This document shows positions 23,094 through 37,055 of a stretch of DNA of 64,000 bases, in pieces. Position numbers and translations under genes: made by a program. The notes under the pieces are model-generated. The model was not told where the DNA came from and searched no databases. It saw only the letters and a list, made by a program, of their open reading frames with translations. Origin of the DNA: Trichosphaerium sp. ATCC 40318 (lineage: Eukaryota > Protista > Tubulinea); the NCBI GenBank assembly GCA_038496445.1, contig JALMLS010000621.1:1-64000 (forward strand), read 5' to 3'. Within the stretch, counting starts at the first letter, position 1. Every line of letters begins with the position of its first letter.

Positions 23094-25072
23094 ATGACGA
23101 CATCTCACAACCAAAACGAAACAAATCAAAAAATAACATACAATGAACACAACAACAACAAGGTACTAAAAAACAAGAGAAAACCAACCTAAAACAAGTA
23201 CTGTTTGATCAAACACGTGACCTTTTTATTGGTTTTTCCTCAACTTAGCGTTAAAAAAGGCTTATCGACTATCTAGAAATCTTCTTATCTCGTGTATACT
23301 TCTTTTATGCACAATAACACCAATACACTCATTCGGCGATGCTCTATTCTATAACGTTACAGACTCTTTCGGGGAGTACTCATCTACATCAAGACAAAGC
23401 CTTGCATACGACGCTATAAATGATAAATACTTACTTACCTGGATGATATCCGGAGAGTTTTTTGCAACACCGTACGTCACAAAGCCTTTCTCCTCACAGC
23501 CACATTATACACTAAGTGTCAATGTCTTATACTCCTGTTTTAGTGTGTACCAAGGTAGATTCTATGCTAGCAATGGAACAATCTTACAAGACACTTTTTC
23601 TCTCAACGTCAGCAAAGTTTACACTCCAAGCTTACCTGGACTTGTCGGAAATGGTGAAGGATCGTATTTATACTACTATATAGCACCAAGCAGAGATGAT
23701 TACATAACCAGAGTACAAGGTATAATACTTGGAAGCGATGGATCAACAGTCAAGACTGTTTTTCAAATAAGCCCTGAATCAAACGAATACGCAAGTTGGC
23801 CAAGTGCTACATACAACAAAGATACAAAGAAATATCTCGTCGTTTGGGTATCTCGAGATACTTCCATATCTGATTTCAAATATGGTGTATTTGGCGCTTC
23901 TATTGATTCAGTAGACGGAACTGTATCATCCCAGTTCAGAGTATCTTCTTCTACTACTTCCTTCAGTGTCGCTTCAAATGTTGCTCCAAAAATAGCTTAC
24001 AATCCTATCGTCAAGAACTTCTTTGTCGCTTGGCAATACGACCCATCAACTGGCTTGGAAAACTATGTAGCTGGACGCAATATAGATGACAACGGGGAAG
24101 GAACGTCAATAGAGCTTGATTTTGGACAAGGAACATCAAGACCAAACGTGATAGCTCATGAATCGAAAAGCGAATACTTGGTTCTCAGAAAAGGATCCAA
24201 CACAATCACAGCTCAAAGAGTTAGTGCCCTTGGTGCTAATATTGGATCTTCTGTAGATATCGTTACAGACGTCACAACAGGGAACCCTTTTGGAGCATAC
24301 TCTGCCTCTGAAGGGTATTTGATAGCATACGGTGTAGCAGGCGTATCATACACTCTTGCAAAAGTGGATGACAGGTACTATTTTCTTTTGTTTTCCAGCT
24401 TTGATACTGACTCGCTTTTGCTTTAGTTCTCTTTCAGTCACAGAATCTTTTGAATTTTTCAACGGCACAAGATCAGTTGGCGACATAATTATTAGAACAG
24501 ATACAAGCAACATTCTCGCATTCATGCCAAGGTCAGACGCTCAGTACACAAACTACCTTGCTGGAGTTTCCATCATCCCAGTGGTCCCAACTGTAGCTCC
24601 AACTGAAGCTCCAACGCAAGCTCCTACCCTACCACCTACTACCCTACCTCCTACTACTCTACCGCCAACAACCGAACCTCCTACTACAATTTTGGCAACC
24701 ACTGAAGCTCCAACAACTCAACCAACAACGACAGCAGTACGTTTAAACACAAAAAATCACGTGACTAATATATACTTTTAGCCAACAACTGCCGAAGCTG
24801 TTGCTTCTCCAACCGGTTTGTCTAGTGTTATATTGGCACTCATTATCGTTGGTGTAATAATATTGATCATAATCATTGCAGCAATCGTTGTGACAGCGTA
24901 TTTCTGCCGTCCTAAACCAGGAGATCAAGAAATTGTCGTAAATGTTAACACACCAGCAGCATATGAACCTGCAGAACCACAAGAGATACCTGTTGGGGTA
25001 CCTATTGGACAACCTTTACCTAATCCTGAGTTCCATCCTCAAGAAATACCATTACAGTTTGCTCCACACTAA
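23094..25072 (+). CDS. Type I membrane protein: signal peptide, beta-repeat ectodomain, Thr/Pro stalk, TM helix, Pro-rich tail
   Basis: LLISCILLLCT signal; AYDAINDKYLLTW / TYNKDTKKYLVVW / AYNPIVKNFFVAW repeats; PTTLPPTT stalk; VILALIIVGVIILIIIIAAIVV TM. Confidence 0.75.
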
Positions 25073-26053
25073 AATATTTTTGTGCGATGTAAAACAATTT
25101 TTCTCTTTGAAACAAAAAAAAAAACTTGTAAATAAATATTAATTAAAGAACAACAATTATTAAAGTTTGCTCCCTTGTTCACTTGTAATTTCGTACAGAG
25201 AATGATCTCACTGACTATTTTCCTCAAAAAAAACTGCTGCATTTTAAAAAACACAAGAGCCTAAGCCTTATGAACAAGTTAAAGCCCAAGTTCTGTCAAT
25301 GGTATTTAGAATATCAAGTATGAACTGTGTTTGTAGGCCACTACGAACTTCGCCCTAGTAGAATCGACATGAGGACAAAAGATATAGCGTACCATTAACA
25401 CTAAGGATAAGACAGCCATTCATGAAAAAGCGTTAATGGCAGTGTTTTATTAATATTATCACGGTAAAACTAAAGTCCTTGAATTCACGTGTGAGATTTA
25501 AACGAAATTTAAAAAAAAACGTTCGTAAGTTGTGTTTAGGATTATAAAAATAGGTGGTACAATGACATTACACTATTGTTTTTATGTATACAGAGTATAG
25601 CGTGAAAAACAGACAAGAAGAGTAGAATTTTCGTACAACCTGCATACAACTTTTATCGTACACAATGTTGGTAGGTGAAAACTTTTTGGTACTTTTCTGT
25701 GCACGCTAGGCTCATCAAAAATTCGTGGTATTATTAAGAACGGTTTTCGGTTTGTTAAAACCAAAGGAAGCACTATAGTTGGCCGATTGATTGAAATAGA
25801 TGGTAGATCAGATATAGACAAGTTTTTTGTTTTTTGTGTTGGTTTTCTCTTAACAATTTTCATTGGACCTGGTCTCTGTCTTTGAGATATCTAATGTATA
25901 CCTGAATATGCTACCTCTAGTTTACTCTTAGTTTTACAATCGGATAAAAACTTTACCGAGACTATTTTGTATCAAAATCCAGTGCACAACACAAAAAAAA
26001 TATTGGTTCCTTAAACAAAAAACATTACACAATTGACCATAACTCTCAACAAG

Positions 26054-27211
26054 ATGACACGTACTGTAACTCTCGTCATCTGTATCGTTTCTTTCCTATC
26101 GATTATCTATGCCAACACCTACAACACTCTCGCCTCTGGATCGACACTGACTTGTCAAGGATGTAGAAAAGACATGCATTCTGGACGCTTTGTCTACTGC
26201 GATGGATACTACGCTGGATCGACTGTAACACACTGCGACTGGGTGGGTGGTGCAGGAGAATGCACCTTTCCAAGGGATACCTCTGTTACGAAAGCAGAGT
26301 GCCAACAAATGTGCGACAACGACTCTCGATGTGGATTCTATACTAGCTACTACAACTCTATCTGTAACTTATTCTTCATGACCTCCTGCAATCTCATTTC
26401 TGGCGGTGCCTCGGGAGATACCTTAGAAAAAGTTGTAGCAGCAACAACTGCACCCCCAACAGATGCCCCAACAACCCCACCTCCAACGGACCCACCTACG
26501 ACTGAAGCACCAACAGATCCACCAAGAACCTACAGCGCTCTCGCAACAGGATCAACACTCACATGTCAAGGATGCCGTAAAGATCTTCACGCTGGTCGAT
26601 TTGTTTACTGTACTGGGTACTACGCTGGCTCTACAATTACCACATGCGATTGGGTAGGTGGTCCTGGAGAGTGCACTTTCCCACGTGATACTTCCGTAAC
26701 ACACGCTGAATGCGAGCAAATGTGTACTGACGATCCAAGATGTAACTATTTTACTACGTACTATAACTCCATCTGTAATTTGTTCTACATGACAAACTGC
26801 AACCTCATCAGCGGAGGAGCTTCCGGTAATACATATTCTAAAGATCCTGTAACCGAACCACCAACGGTAGCACCAACAGAACCTCCTCAAACCTACACTT
26901 CTTTGGCGTCAAGCTCAACTCTCACTTGCCAAGGATGTCGCCGAGATATGCATGCTGGAAGATTTGTTTACTGTACTGGGTACTATGCTGGATCGACTGT
27001 AACCCATTGCGATTGGGTAGGAGGTCCTGGAGAGTGTTCGTTCCCAAGAGACACATCTGTGACTAAAGCTGAATGTGAACAACTTTGTACAAATGATGCG
27101 AGATGTAACTATTTTACAAGCTACTACAACTCTGTCTGTAACTTGTTCTACATGAATAGTTGTAACTTAATCTCTGGTGGCGCATCAGGTGATACTTACA
27201 GTAAAGATTAG
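26054..27211 (+). CDS. Secreted Cys-rich protein with three ~105-aa repeats (PAN/apple-like half) and PT linkers, intronless
   Basis: Signal peptide; 3x TLTCQGCR..GRFVYC.GYYAGS..CDWVGG.GEC.FPRDTSVT.AEC...C..D.RC..FT.YYNS.CNLF. Confidence 0.85.
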   Translation: MTRTVTLVICIVSFLSIIYANTYNTLASGSTLTCQGCRKDMHSGRFVYCDGYYAGSTVTHCDWVGGAGECTFPRDTSVTKAECQQMCDNDSRCGFYTSYYNSICNLFFMTSCNLISGGASGDTLEKVVAATTAPPTDAPTTPPPTDPPTTEAPTDPPRTYSALATGSTLTCQGCRKDLHAGRFVYCTGYYAGSTITTCDWVGGPGECTFPRDTSVTHAECEQMCTDDPRCNYFTTYYNSICNLFYMTNCNLISGGASGNTYSKDPVTEPPTVAPTEPPQTYTSLASSSTLTCQGCRRDMHAGRFVYCTGYYAGSTVTHCDWVGGPGECSFPRDTSVTKAECEQLCTNDARCNYFTSYYNSVCNLFYMNSCNLISGGASGDTYSKD

Positions 27212-28459
27212 AATTATCAATAAAGTTTCAACTCCCCTTCATAATGTCTAGTTTAACTTTTACGGTTTTTTTGTGTCACGTTCTTTTTTTTCAATCTATG
27301 CAAAGACAAAACTCGCTCTGTTTCTTAGGGAGTTATCCATACAGGGCGTGTAATGCCTATCAATTCATTTTTTTTGACTTAAAACCTAAAACCGAAGTAA
27401 TTGGTATGAGTGCGACCTGTAATTACTTGGATTGTTGTAATCATTGCGACACTTGCTAACGTATATGTTCACGTTGAAATTCGAGTATTTGTGTTTGATG
27501 CAAGATCGAAAAGTGGTTCAAATTTCTGATTGATTTGCAAAATGCAGCAATGAGAATAACAACGTTTTGAGTGTTTAACAGTACCCAGAGGATATGTGGA
27601 CTACTTTAGGTGTTACCACAATTTTTTTCCTATCAAGTATTTGGTATGATAAAAAGAAATACTTTGGTACTTTCTCTCGACAGCAGATTTGTCATCTGCG
27701 AGAAAACAAAACAAAAAAAACCCCAAGGAATTGACAATTCCAAACAAAACTCCCAAAAAAACCTGAGCAGTAGCTGGCTGAGGTGGACGCCTGTATGATT
27801 TCCCGTCCTTAAAAGGTTACAGCAATATAAAAAAAAGCAATGTACAATACATAAAGATTGTTGGCAGCTACCGGTTGAGTGCAAAAAAAGTAAGCCTCAA
27901 TGTGATAACAATAAGTACAAACAAAAACGCTTTTTTTGTTTTCCTTCGTTTTCATTACATCTTCAAGGCGTGAATAGTGGGTTCACCTAACTTCCCTGGT
28001 GCACGTAATTCAATATATTTATCAACATATTATAATGACACTTCAACGAGTAATGAAATTGAATGGCTCAAATGCGAAAACAATACAAGAAAAAAAAAAC
28101 TGAGAATGCAACGATGAATGGCAATGACTATGAACAAACAACAACTTACAATGTTATCAAAGGAATGATTCTTTTATTAAAGAGGCAAACTGTTACAGAA
28201 TAACCTGTCACGCACACACACAATACGATCAAGGAAACAGAAAACACCTAAAAAATAAAAAAAAGTAATCCAATAAAAAAATAAAAAAAATTATGTCTAG
28301 CCCTTTTGGTTCGTCCCACAATACCAAACCAACAAGGGTACCCTTTAAAAACATAAATATAGAGAGAAATGAGGGAAGACCTTTGGTTCATACCACAACC
28401 CAAAACCAAAGATCCCACCTACAATTAAAAAAAACTCTCTGAAAAAAAAACTCCTTTGC

Positions 28460-29548
28460 GTGGTGACCATGGAGTTGCGATAGCAATGCCCAGAGCTTAT
28501 GGGTCCGTGTTGGATGTGTTTGCCAATCCTTCGATAGACACTGTGGCGGTTGTAGCTGAGAGTACGTTATCTACGCTCACACAACTACACAGAGAAGGTT
28601 TAGTGCATAACAACATCACGCCGGATAACATCTTGGTGTTCCCTTCAATGGACATAATGCTCACTGATTTTGGCGCTTCTGGGTATGTAAAGGATACCAG
28701 AAAGCTCAAAACCTTTAAGGGCACTCCTGGTTATGTGTTGCCTTCTGTTGAGCGCAAAGGGTACACAACGCAGAATGACCTTTACGCAGTCGGTGTGACG
28801 ACAATGCGTATTGCATTAGGCGACGAATACGTGCCGTGCGATGAGTACTCTGGTGAAGGTGAGTTCGAGGCTAACCGCCTCTGCTTTCAAAAGTTGAAGG
28901 AAGTATTCCTGAAACGCTTTGAGCACTCGCTTCACCATGATGAGTGCTTGCTGGTCGATTTTGTTCAGGCTTGCTTGGAACCATCAGCCGAGTATCAGAG
29001 TGCGTCAGATTTGATGGAACATGAGTTCATCTCATTAGCGTATGACTGAAGGTCGGTGTAGAATCTCTTGGGGGATGTCATTGTTTTTGGCAAAGTGTCG
29101 ATTGAAGGATTGGCAAACACATCTAACACAGATCCATAAGCTCTAGGCATTGCTATCGCAACTCCATGGTCACCACTCAGGAACTTCAAGGGTTTGACGA
29201 CGCCTTTACACTTGAGACTGCTTGCGAAGTCATATTCGCGCTCCTAGAGAAGTTGAGTAAGTATTTGTGCCGGTTGGTGTAAAAATAAAAAAACCTAATA
29301 AAGGAAAAAGTGCTTACAAGTGCCTCAGCGTCCTCCTCATACTCATCTGTGCCTCTATTAGCCGTTTCGATAATTTTGAGAGCTACACTCTGTCCATTAT
29401 CATTTCGTCGCGCTTTTAACACACGACACCTCTCACTACTTCCCAATGGCTTTGCCGACATTATCGTCGCCCAACCTGTACCTTGTAAAGTACACTTTCT
29501 GTACGCAGTTCTAGCAAAGCGAGCGATCGTTCGGAATAAATTGGCCAT
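28460..29548. pseudogene. Rearranged Ser/Thr pseudokinase: 5' half on minus (29548-29094), 3' half inverted on plus (28460-29049)
   Basis: Same protein as 61621-62581; 83-bp inverted repeats at 28460-28542 and 29094-29176. Confidence 0.88.
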
Positions 29549-32500
29549 AGTCTTGTTACAGTAATGCACGAGGTAAGAAATCTGTTAAGTTGAACTAAGC
29601 GAAGCAAGTTGGCGGTAATTGTCCAACCGATAGTTTTCATAACTTTGATAAAAACATGCTTTTTTTACTGAATTAGGAAAACAAAGTGAATCGGCACCAC
29701 AAAGAAATGTGCCTCACAGAATTTAGGAAATGCATGCGAAATGGCACACCAAACAAATAAAGGCGTGGCACGTGAGGGAGCCCTCACAGAATTTTGCGTT
29801 TGAAGTCGTTAGTTGCATCTATGAATAAATCGTGCAATTTTTCGCATTCGCAGATGCTGTTGCAAGCGTTTATTTTACACTGTAATTTTAGTACGTGGCT
29901 ACGCTGTGGTAAGATGAAACTTGATAGTTCTACGTGAAGTTAATTTTTTGCAGTTTAGGGCACTCAGCGTGTAACCTGATACGTACCTCTACAATCTGTT
30001 GTTGATAAATGCATCTTGGAAGAATCACTGTATTTTTCCCTGGTGAGCTTGAGGTTTGCGCCAGCGTCTACCATGTGTCAGCAATAGTGATAGAGTGTTG
30101 GTTCTTTTTTGGTTTTTGGTTTGGATTGAGAACATTACATATGCTTTTACTATCATGCCTGTTTGGTTTAGAAGGTAGATATCAAGATTTGTTTTGTTTG
30201 AGCGAAATTGTTTAAAACTGTCTCAAAGCAACTTGGAGAAGCTAACCAGTACCATTAATACTATCTGGGCTCGTCAAAGCTGCTTATTACAATCCTTATA
30301 TCTTCAACTAATCTTTACAAAGAACAAATAACGGCTAAACACAGCCAGCTTTAGCGTCTGATAATGCGTTGGTGTCGTGGCTTGTGGCAAGTAGTGGAAT
30401 TGTAGATTACCAACAAACCAGCAGTTGGAGGTGCGGTGGTTACCACTGGCGCGAATGTCATGTTATTCTGTTGGTTAAAGATACGTTGTAAGACTGTCAA
30501 ACAGTTTCTAATATAAGATTATTTAAGAGCGTATTGGTACCCTTGGTAGTCATAGTTTGCTTGTTAGTTTCACCACGATATCACGTTTTTGATCCACAAT
30601 TGCTTTGTTGGAGCAGAACCAGCTAAAAGCTTCAAAACGTCATGAATCCAACCAGCAACGCATAGCACCACAACAATTTGAGAGTCAGGTTTTTGAAGTT
30701 CTGGACTAAAATAGCTGCCAAGCAGGTATAAATTGGCGTCCATCTCTCATAGTACATAAACGCTTGTCCCGAGAGCAAAGTAAAAGCACTCGTTACACCG
30801 GCACGATCACGTTTTTTGAAACCAAAAAGGCAGGAAACCGGTTAAAAGCGTCACCAACGCTAAAAATAGTTTACCGTATAAAATCAAGGCATTTAATGAG
30901 AAATATGCGCTTTAAGGAAGCAAGAACAGAAAGATCAAGCTTTTTTGGATCAAAACAATACGGAAACAACTTACTTAACATTAAAAACGTAACTCAAGTT
31001 ACTACAGGTTAATTACGCAATTCTAGTTTTGAGGGATTCCTACTAGTTTGTAATGACTTAATACCCATTGTATTATAGAAAAGGCACATAATACGCCTGG
31101 GAGATACCATACAGAAGAGCCTAAAGAACTGATACATACTCAACTCACCTGCGAGCCAACTATTGATGTTCTCCATTGCACCCAACCACTTCTAGAAAAA
31201 ATGCCATGTATTAATTATCCGACAACACTTGGGGTAGAGGCGAGGAGGGTAAATAACTGTAAATAAAATAACATAAAAAAATAAAAAAATGTTTAGCAAA
31301 AATCTTTCTCTAAAGTTGCACTTGCTTTGAGGCAGTTTGAGATTGAGATATCTACTGAGGCTGAACCAACTTGTCGACTAATTGTCTTGTTCGTAATACT
31401 TAGTAGAGACACGTGGATTCTACTGTATTTATTTCGAAGCCTCGATTGATAAACAGGCGCTATCTACTGTACTTTCCTTATCAAAGGTAGTTTATCAAAA
31501 AGTAACTTGCCACAAATTGTTAAACTTGACATAACTCCATGCTCACCTCACGCATTACTAACCAGCGAATGAGCAATGTGATACATATGTTATAAACAGT
31601 ACAAACTTGTTTACAAAGAACCAGCAATAGTGTGGTACTACAGAATCCTGTCGTAAACAGTTCGATGTCGTGAGTACTGGCTGGGTATGTATCTAAGACA
31701 AATTGACGCCATGGGCGAGGGGATATTTTGATTGCTACTCGCCATTGCCTTGTGTCTATTGTGTCATTCGATATTGACTGTCGTGTTCAGGCCAATCAAT
31801 TGCTTGAAATGTTCCATATCTTCATTCAAATCAGACAATGCAAAACAAATAGTTAAGTGACCTCTTTTTGCTTAATCCTGTTAGTTCGTCTTTACAAGCA
31901 AGGCATTCTAAGGGGTTTTTGCAACGTTAGGTGCATTGTGATGAGGCGAAATTTCATCTCAACAGTATTGTATATTTTAACCCAAACAACTTAATGACTT
32001 ATGAAGCAATCTGCGCGTGTCATTTCTAAGCGTTAAGTTTTTATTTCAGTCCGAAGAATTATGTAGTCATTTTGCCCATAAATGAGGACAAACAAAAGCC
32101 AAGACAACTGTGTATAGCGACACTTTTTCCGACTTTTCATGATTATTTTCGTTCTTCTTTCCTAAACGTTTCTTAATTGTCCAAATATAGTCAATGGAAA
32201 AAACAATCCTCCGTGACAGAAATTTTTTGCAGTACTTGAATTACAAGTACTGCACAGAGTGACAAAAAAGGGTTCTTGAAGGTACTTTTCAAAATACCTT
32301 CACGTCCTCTCGAATGACTCGTTTTCTTTACAAACAGTGCTGCTAGGCTATAAACGTCAAGGAAATCCAAAAAACACCAATAAAAAACTTCAAGACTGCA
32401 AACTTCAGGCACATCCGTCAAAACCTGCCAAAAAAAAAGGAAAGAAAAGAAAAAACTTCATGAAAAGAAAGAGCAGTTTTAACGAACAGTAGGCAGTTAT

Positions 32501-32703
32501 TTAGTTTTATTTTTCTTTCTTTAATAATACAAGTACAAGGTGTTGTTATTTGTTATAGTAGTAATACAAGGGGTGGATATCTGCGACTCCAAAGAGCCGC
32601 GAAAAAAAGGAGGTGGGAAAAATGCTTCGCTACAAAAAAATTGTTGTTGCGAAACGCTGACGTTACCAATCTTTTGATAAGTCTGTTTTTGTGGTAATGT
32701 GGA

Positions 32704-34428
32704 TCACGTGAAGGGTTTGATTAGTATCTCCAGCTTCTTTGTTGTTGGTTGTGGGACCAAGATAACTTTGAAGGCGATTGATGAATGAAAGTCAACATTT
32801 TTTGTTGTGCTGATCTTTGTTGTGGAACAGGCTGCCATACGCTTGTTTTTGGTCCAAGGATTTTAGGAGCGAATCGTACGCTTATGTTTGGTGGGTACTC
32901 GAATCGTAGAGCATTTGCGTAAGGGTTGAGAGGTGTATGATTAACAATAGTGCTAAGAACTGCACGGCGTGTTTGTGGAGCAATGAGGCGTTCCTTTTTT
33001 AGGATTTTTGAGTAGTGAAGTCCGCATGCGTTACAAAGACTAAAGGAGAAGAGAATAAGTAATTGTTCAATGAGTTAAGAAGACGAACAAGGGAAAAAAA
33101 AGCAAAAAAAAAACTTGAACGTACGATTTGTTTCCGTCTGGGCCACGACGCCATTCGGTTGTTTCTTTTGCTCCGCATGATTTACAGTACATTCCGTTAC
33201 CGCTTAGGATAGGCTATTACAAAAAAAAAGTCAGCACCGGCGAAACTAAAGAATTCCAAAAACAAGAAAGTCAAAGTGTTCGAAACACGTACCCTACGTC
33301 TACTGCCATCTCTCATTTTACGTCTGATGATCCTATGAACACGAGGCATAGGTGCTGTATTTTCAATAGTTGTATTCTCTTGCTTTTGTCTAAAAGAAAA
33401 ATCACGTGAGTACACGAATAAATTTAATAAAGAACAAAACGTAAAAATAAAAAAATTAAAAATATTTTGACTTCAGAAAAAAAAACCGTATTTCTATCAC
33501 ACGAGGGATTTTTTTGGTAGTTTTATATGAATATTCTTTTAGTAAAATCTTTTGTGTTTTTAGCAATAAAAAAGAGCAGGGAAGTATGTGCGTGTGAAAG
33601 GAAAGTGAGCAAAACGAAAATCTTTCAGATTTTTTTGGGTTGCCCGGAAAAACTTCAAGTTTTTTGTGTTCACAATAATGCAGCTTATGCAGTAATATTG
33701 TTTTGGCTCTAACGTACTTTACAACATAATTGAAGACAGAATCATGTACTGACTTATCCAGTGATTGTAGTTGTTGAATGAGTTGTATAACATTATCAGT
33801 TATTTCAGATCGTGAGTTAACTTTCTTTGCTCTTGGTTTCTTCACGCCACCCTTAGCCTTTGACATTTTCTGAAGGACTTGTGTTATTGTTTTAAGATGT
33901 TTATCGTTCTGGTAATAGACATTAGCAAAACGAAACTCAAGAGGGTTGTAGAAATCTTAAAATCTCGTCGATTGCATTCGCATTCGTTTTTTGGGTTTTT
34001 TGTAAAATCGTTTGCTGCGTGCCGCAGTTTTTACGTACTTGATGCGGAACACCTTCAGCACGTATTGTAGGATGCTTAGAACATACTTCCATACGTTTAG
34101 GAGTGATAACACTTGAGTCTTGTCCATTAAACCGAGTGCTTCTAGTCTCAACCTTTAACGAAAAAATAAGAACAAGAACCTTTAAAACTGTAGTCGAACA
34201 TCAAAGGAATACAAACGAAGTAGACAGATGATTTGGGTTGGCGTGGTTTTTCTTTTTGTTTTTTTTTTTGTGTTGACGTATCGATAACAACGTACCTGTT
34301 GTAGATATTTGTTTTTTATTTGTGACATTGTTGAGGAGGCGTTGCTTTAACCTTTGTAGTTGATTGAAAATGACGATTTGGGGAAGGTGCAGAATTGGCA
34401 GACGTTGCAGGGAGTAACTGTGCATCAT
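32704..34428 (-). CDS. GATA zinc-finger transcription factor, multi-exon (start uncertain)
   Basis: CKSCGAKETTEWRRGPDGNKS|LCNACGLHY, a CX2CX18CX2C finger split by an intron. Confidence 0.85.
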
Positions 34429-36225
34429 TTTTTTTGTGATTCCGGTCTTGCTGAGAAACGTGTATAAACGTCCAAAAGACAAAAAAGGATACCCCATACG
34501 CTTTCATGTTTACCCACGTGATCAAAAACGTGATAAATTAAAAAACTAAACCATGATATCGGAGATTAACACCATTACTACGAAGGAAAACAACTATCGT
34601 AAAGAAGATCAACACATATAAAAAACATGTTTTAAAATAAAACCGTATTTTGTAGTTTTGGTTCAAAACAGAAACTTTTTCTTTGATGGCCGTACTTGAC
34701 GTCGAACACAAAAACATAGAAACTAAGTGAAACACTCTCGTTTTTAATAAACCAGGAAGGCACGTACGTAGTTTATAAGGACGAATCAGCATTAATCGAA
34801 GCGATAATGGAGTTGAGCGTTGTTTTTGGCGTATATTGCGTTGAAAGAAAACAAAATACCTCTATTTGAGTTGTATTAATCGTACCTATACGTTATTGTG
34901 GCTATCGATACACTTTCTATTTTTTCACGATAGCGTTTACTCTAATACTGCCAGAACACCACTTAGTATCCAAAACGCGTATGCAGATGTTTAAAAAGGG
35001 TTTTGTAATAGGTATGAAGGCGTTACCGGCTGACTGTCAGTTTTTGCAGTTAATGGCGAGCAAATTGTTTTATCACCAATCGCTGTAATAGGATGACACA
35101 GAAATATCCCCTGTGTGATACGAAAGTTTGAATGAAAAAGTAGTAGACACGCACTGTTTGTTTTAGCTTTTTCTGAAAATGGCTATACGTGTAGTACTCT
35201 GCTGTATCATGCGTTTTGTAAAGGTTTAAAGGTCGAGATTGGATTGTGACCCATATTAGTGAATAAAAGTGAGTCAAAAGCATGAAAAGGGTATGAGACA
35301 CCCAACGCATACGCAAGGGTTAGATAGCCAGTTGCGTAGCGCTGTCTGTACTTTTTCCGACTATCAAAAGGTATCACACAGTTTGCGACGCACACGAAGA
35401 GTGAACTACACCAACTTTGTGCCAATAAACGTAGTAGACGGCAATATAAATTAACACGAAGGTTATAATGATATAGAGGTCACTATTGTGTTCTTATCAC
35501 GCGACCACCCGCATCTTGCGATGGTGATGCTGTATCTACGCTTATAACTTTTCGTGCCTTAAATACCAACTTTCGGCATCAACGCAAAATTACTTGCTGC
35601 TAACTACGTATACGTGACGCTCGTGACGGTACCTGGCGAAAACGTCAAGACCTGCTAGTAATACCACAAACGCGTAAAACCACTGATTACCACTGCCTAG
35701 CTCAAGTAGCACCATATGGCTAATCAGTTTGTCGTACTTGCCTTGCAATGGTTTACCAAAAAATTCCTTTCTTACATTGTACCACGCTGCGCTTTATGAA
35801 GGCGAACAGCGACTTTTTAGAAAAGTAGAAAAAAACTTTCGCTCATGTTGGCCTTTACGGCAATGACGGCCAGAAATATTCTTATAACAGTGTGTACTTG
35901 GCAAAAAACAGTACAGTAGACCTCTAGGGTGGCATAGAAAGCACTCCTATAAAGTCCGAAGCCGGTGAAAAGCGTTTTTTCAGTTTTTTTTCTTGTGACA
36001 GTATCTCATTTTCTGATATTGTTTTTAATCTCGGAAACCAGCTTACAACACCATATATGTGATTTATATGCGTTTGAGGGTAGTTTCGAAGCATTTGAAG
36101 ACAATATAGAAAATTGACATTTATAATTTAATAATTACGGTACAGTGCAGGTTATGGTATCTTTTCGCATGTAGGTTTTGTTGTGGGTATGTTGTACAAA
36201 TAAATAAGAGTATCCAAACAAGATT

Positions 36226-37055
36226 TTAGGGTTTTTTGGACTTTTTTTCCGTCTTTGCGAAATGACGTGGAAATTTTATGCTTGTAGGGTTTCTAAGACG
36301 TTGTCAGTACTGGTACAGATACGTTTTCGTACATTCTAGCAAGAAATTTTGCGAGTAGCCTCCTGAATGATTGGAACCACTGTCAACTAGCCTGTCGTTC
36401 TGTAGGGAGTCCTGGGAGTCAAAATAGTATGCGTCAGGCACGCTTGTAGACTTTTTTCGTCCAAATACTTTTGGTAAGGATGAAAACCTCCTTCTCTTCG
36501 TTGGTTCTACAAAGCGATTAGAATGGAGACAAAAGCGTCTGGTACAAATTGGGAAGAAAAACGGTCACAATTTCAATAATGTGTATGCTCAGAACCCTTT
36601 TGATTACTAATACAATAGAATCAAAGATGTTCATGAGGTTTTAAGTTGCAAGTTGCAGAATTCTAGATTCCCGAACACAAAAACCGCATAGTTGCACAGA
36701 CGAACGTTTTGACGCAGAAAAAGCGGTACAAAAGCAAAGATGCATCGTAGTCTTCGATTTTAGGTGAATGCAAAAATAAGCGTCTGTGCCACGTACCGTT
36801 GTTGGTTTGCTTAGTAGGAATGCACCAGCCTTCTTCTCCTTCAAGTAGAGTTGAATCTGCATGAAGTGGTTCGTTTTCCTCAAGGTGGAAAGCTTTATCT
36901 TTGTAGGCGTCTCTGGGTACTCTCAAGTCTTTTTTAGAGCCTCTTTTGAATACGTTTGTGATTTTTGCTCTCCAAGGAGTATTCATCGCTTTAAAGTTGT
37001 CTTCATTATCTGGATGGAAGCTATCAAGGTTGTATTCTTGAGGAAGTGATGTCAT
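36226..37055 (-). CDS. Hypothetical protein
   Basis: Open exon MTSLPQEYNLDSFHPD.. and downstream open exon EPTKRRRFSSLPKVFGRKKS..; no recognised domain. Confidence 0.4.

Larger units (their letters stand above)
26010..30237. repeat. Duplicated cassette, copy 1 (inverted relative to 60945-64000)
   Basis: Near-identity by eye of 27475-28459 to the reverse complement of ~62620-63575, and of 29094-30237 to the reverse complement of 60945-62074. Confidence 0.85.

Noticed and set aside
26010-30237. Retrotransposition (twin priming) as the cause of the kinase inversion
   Set aside because: The kinase intron is retained and there is no poly(A) tail or flanking TSD for the cassette.
30300-32100. Possible gene remnants downstream of the kinase cassette
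   Set aside because: No consistent spliced frame or recognisable domain.
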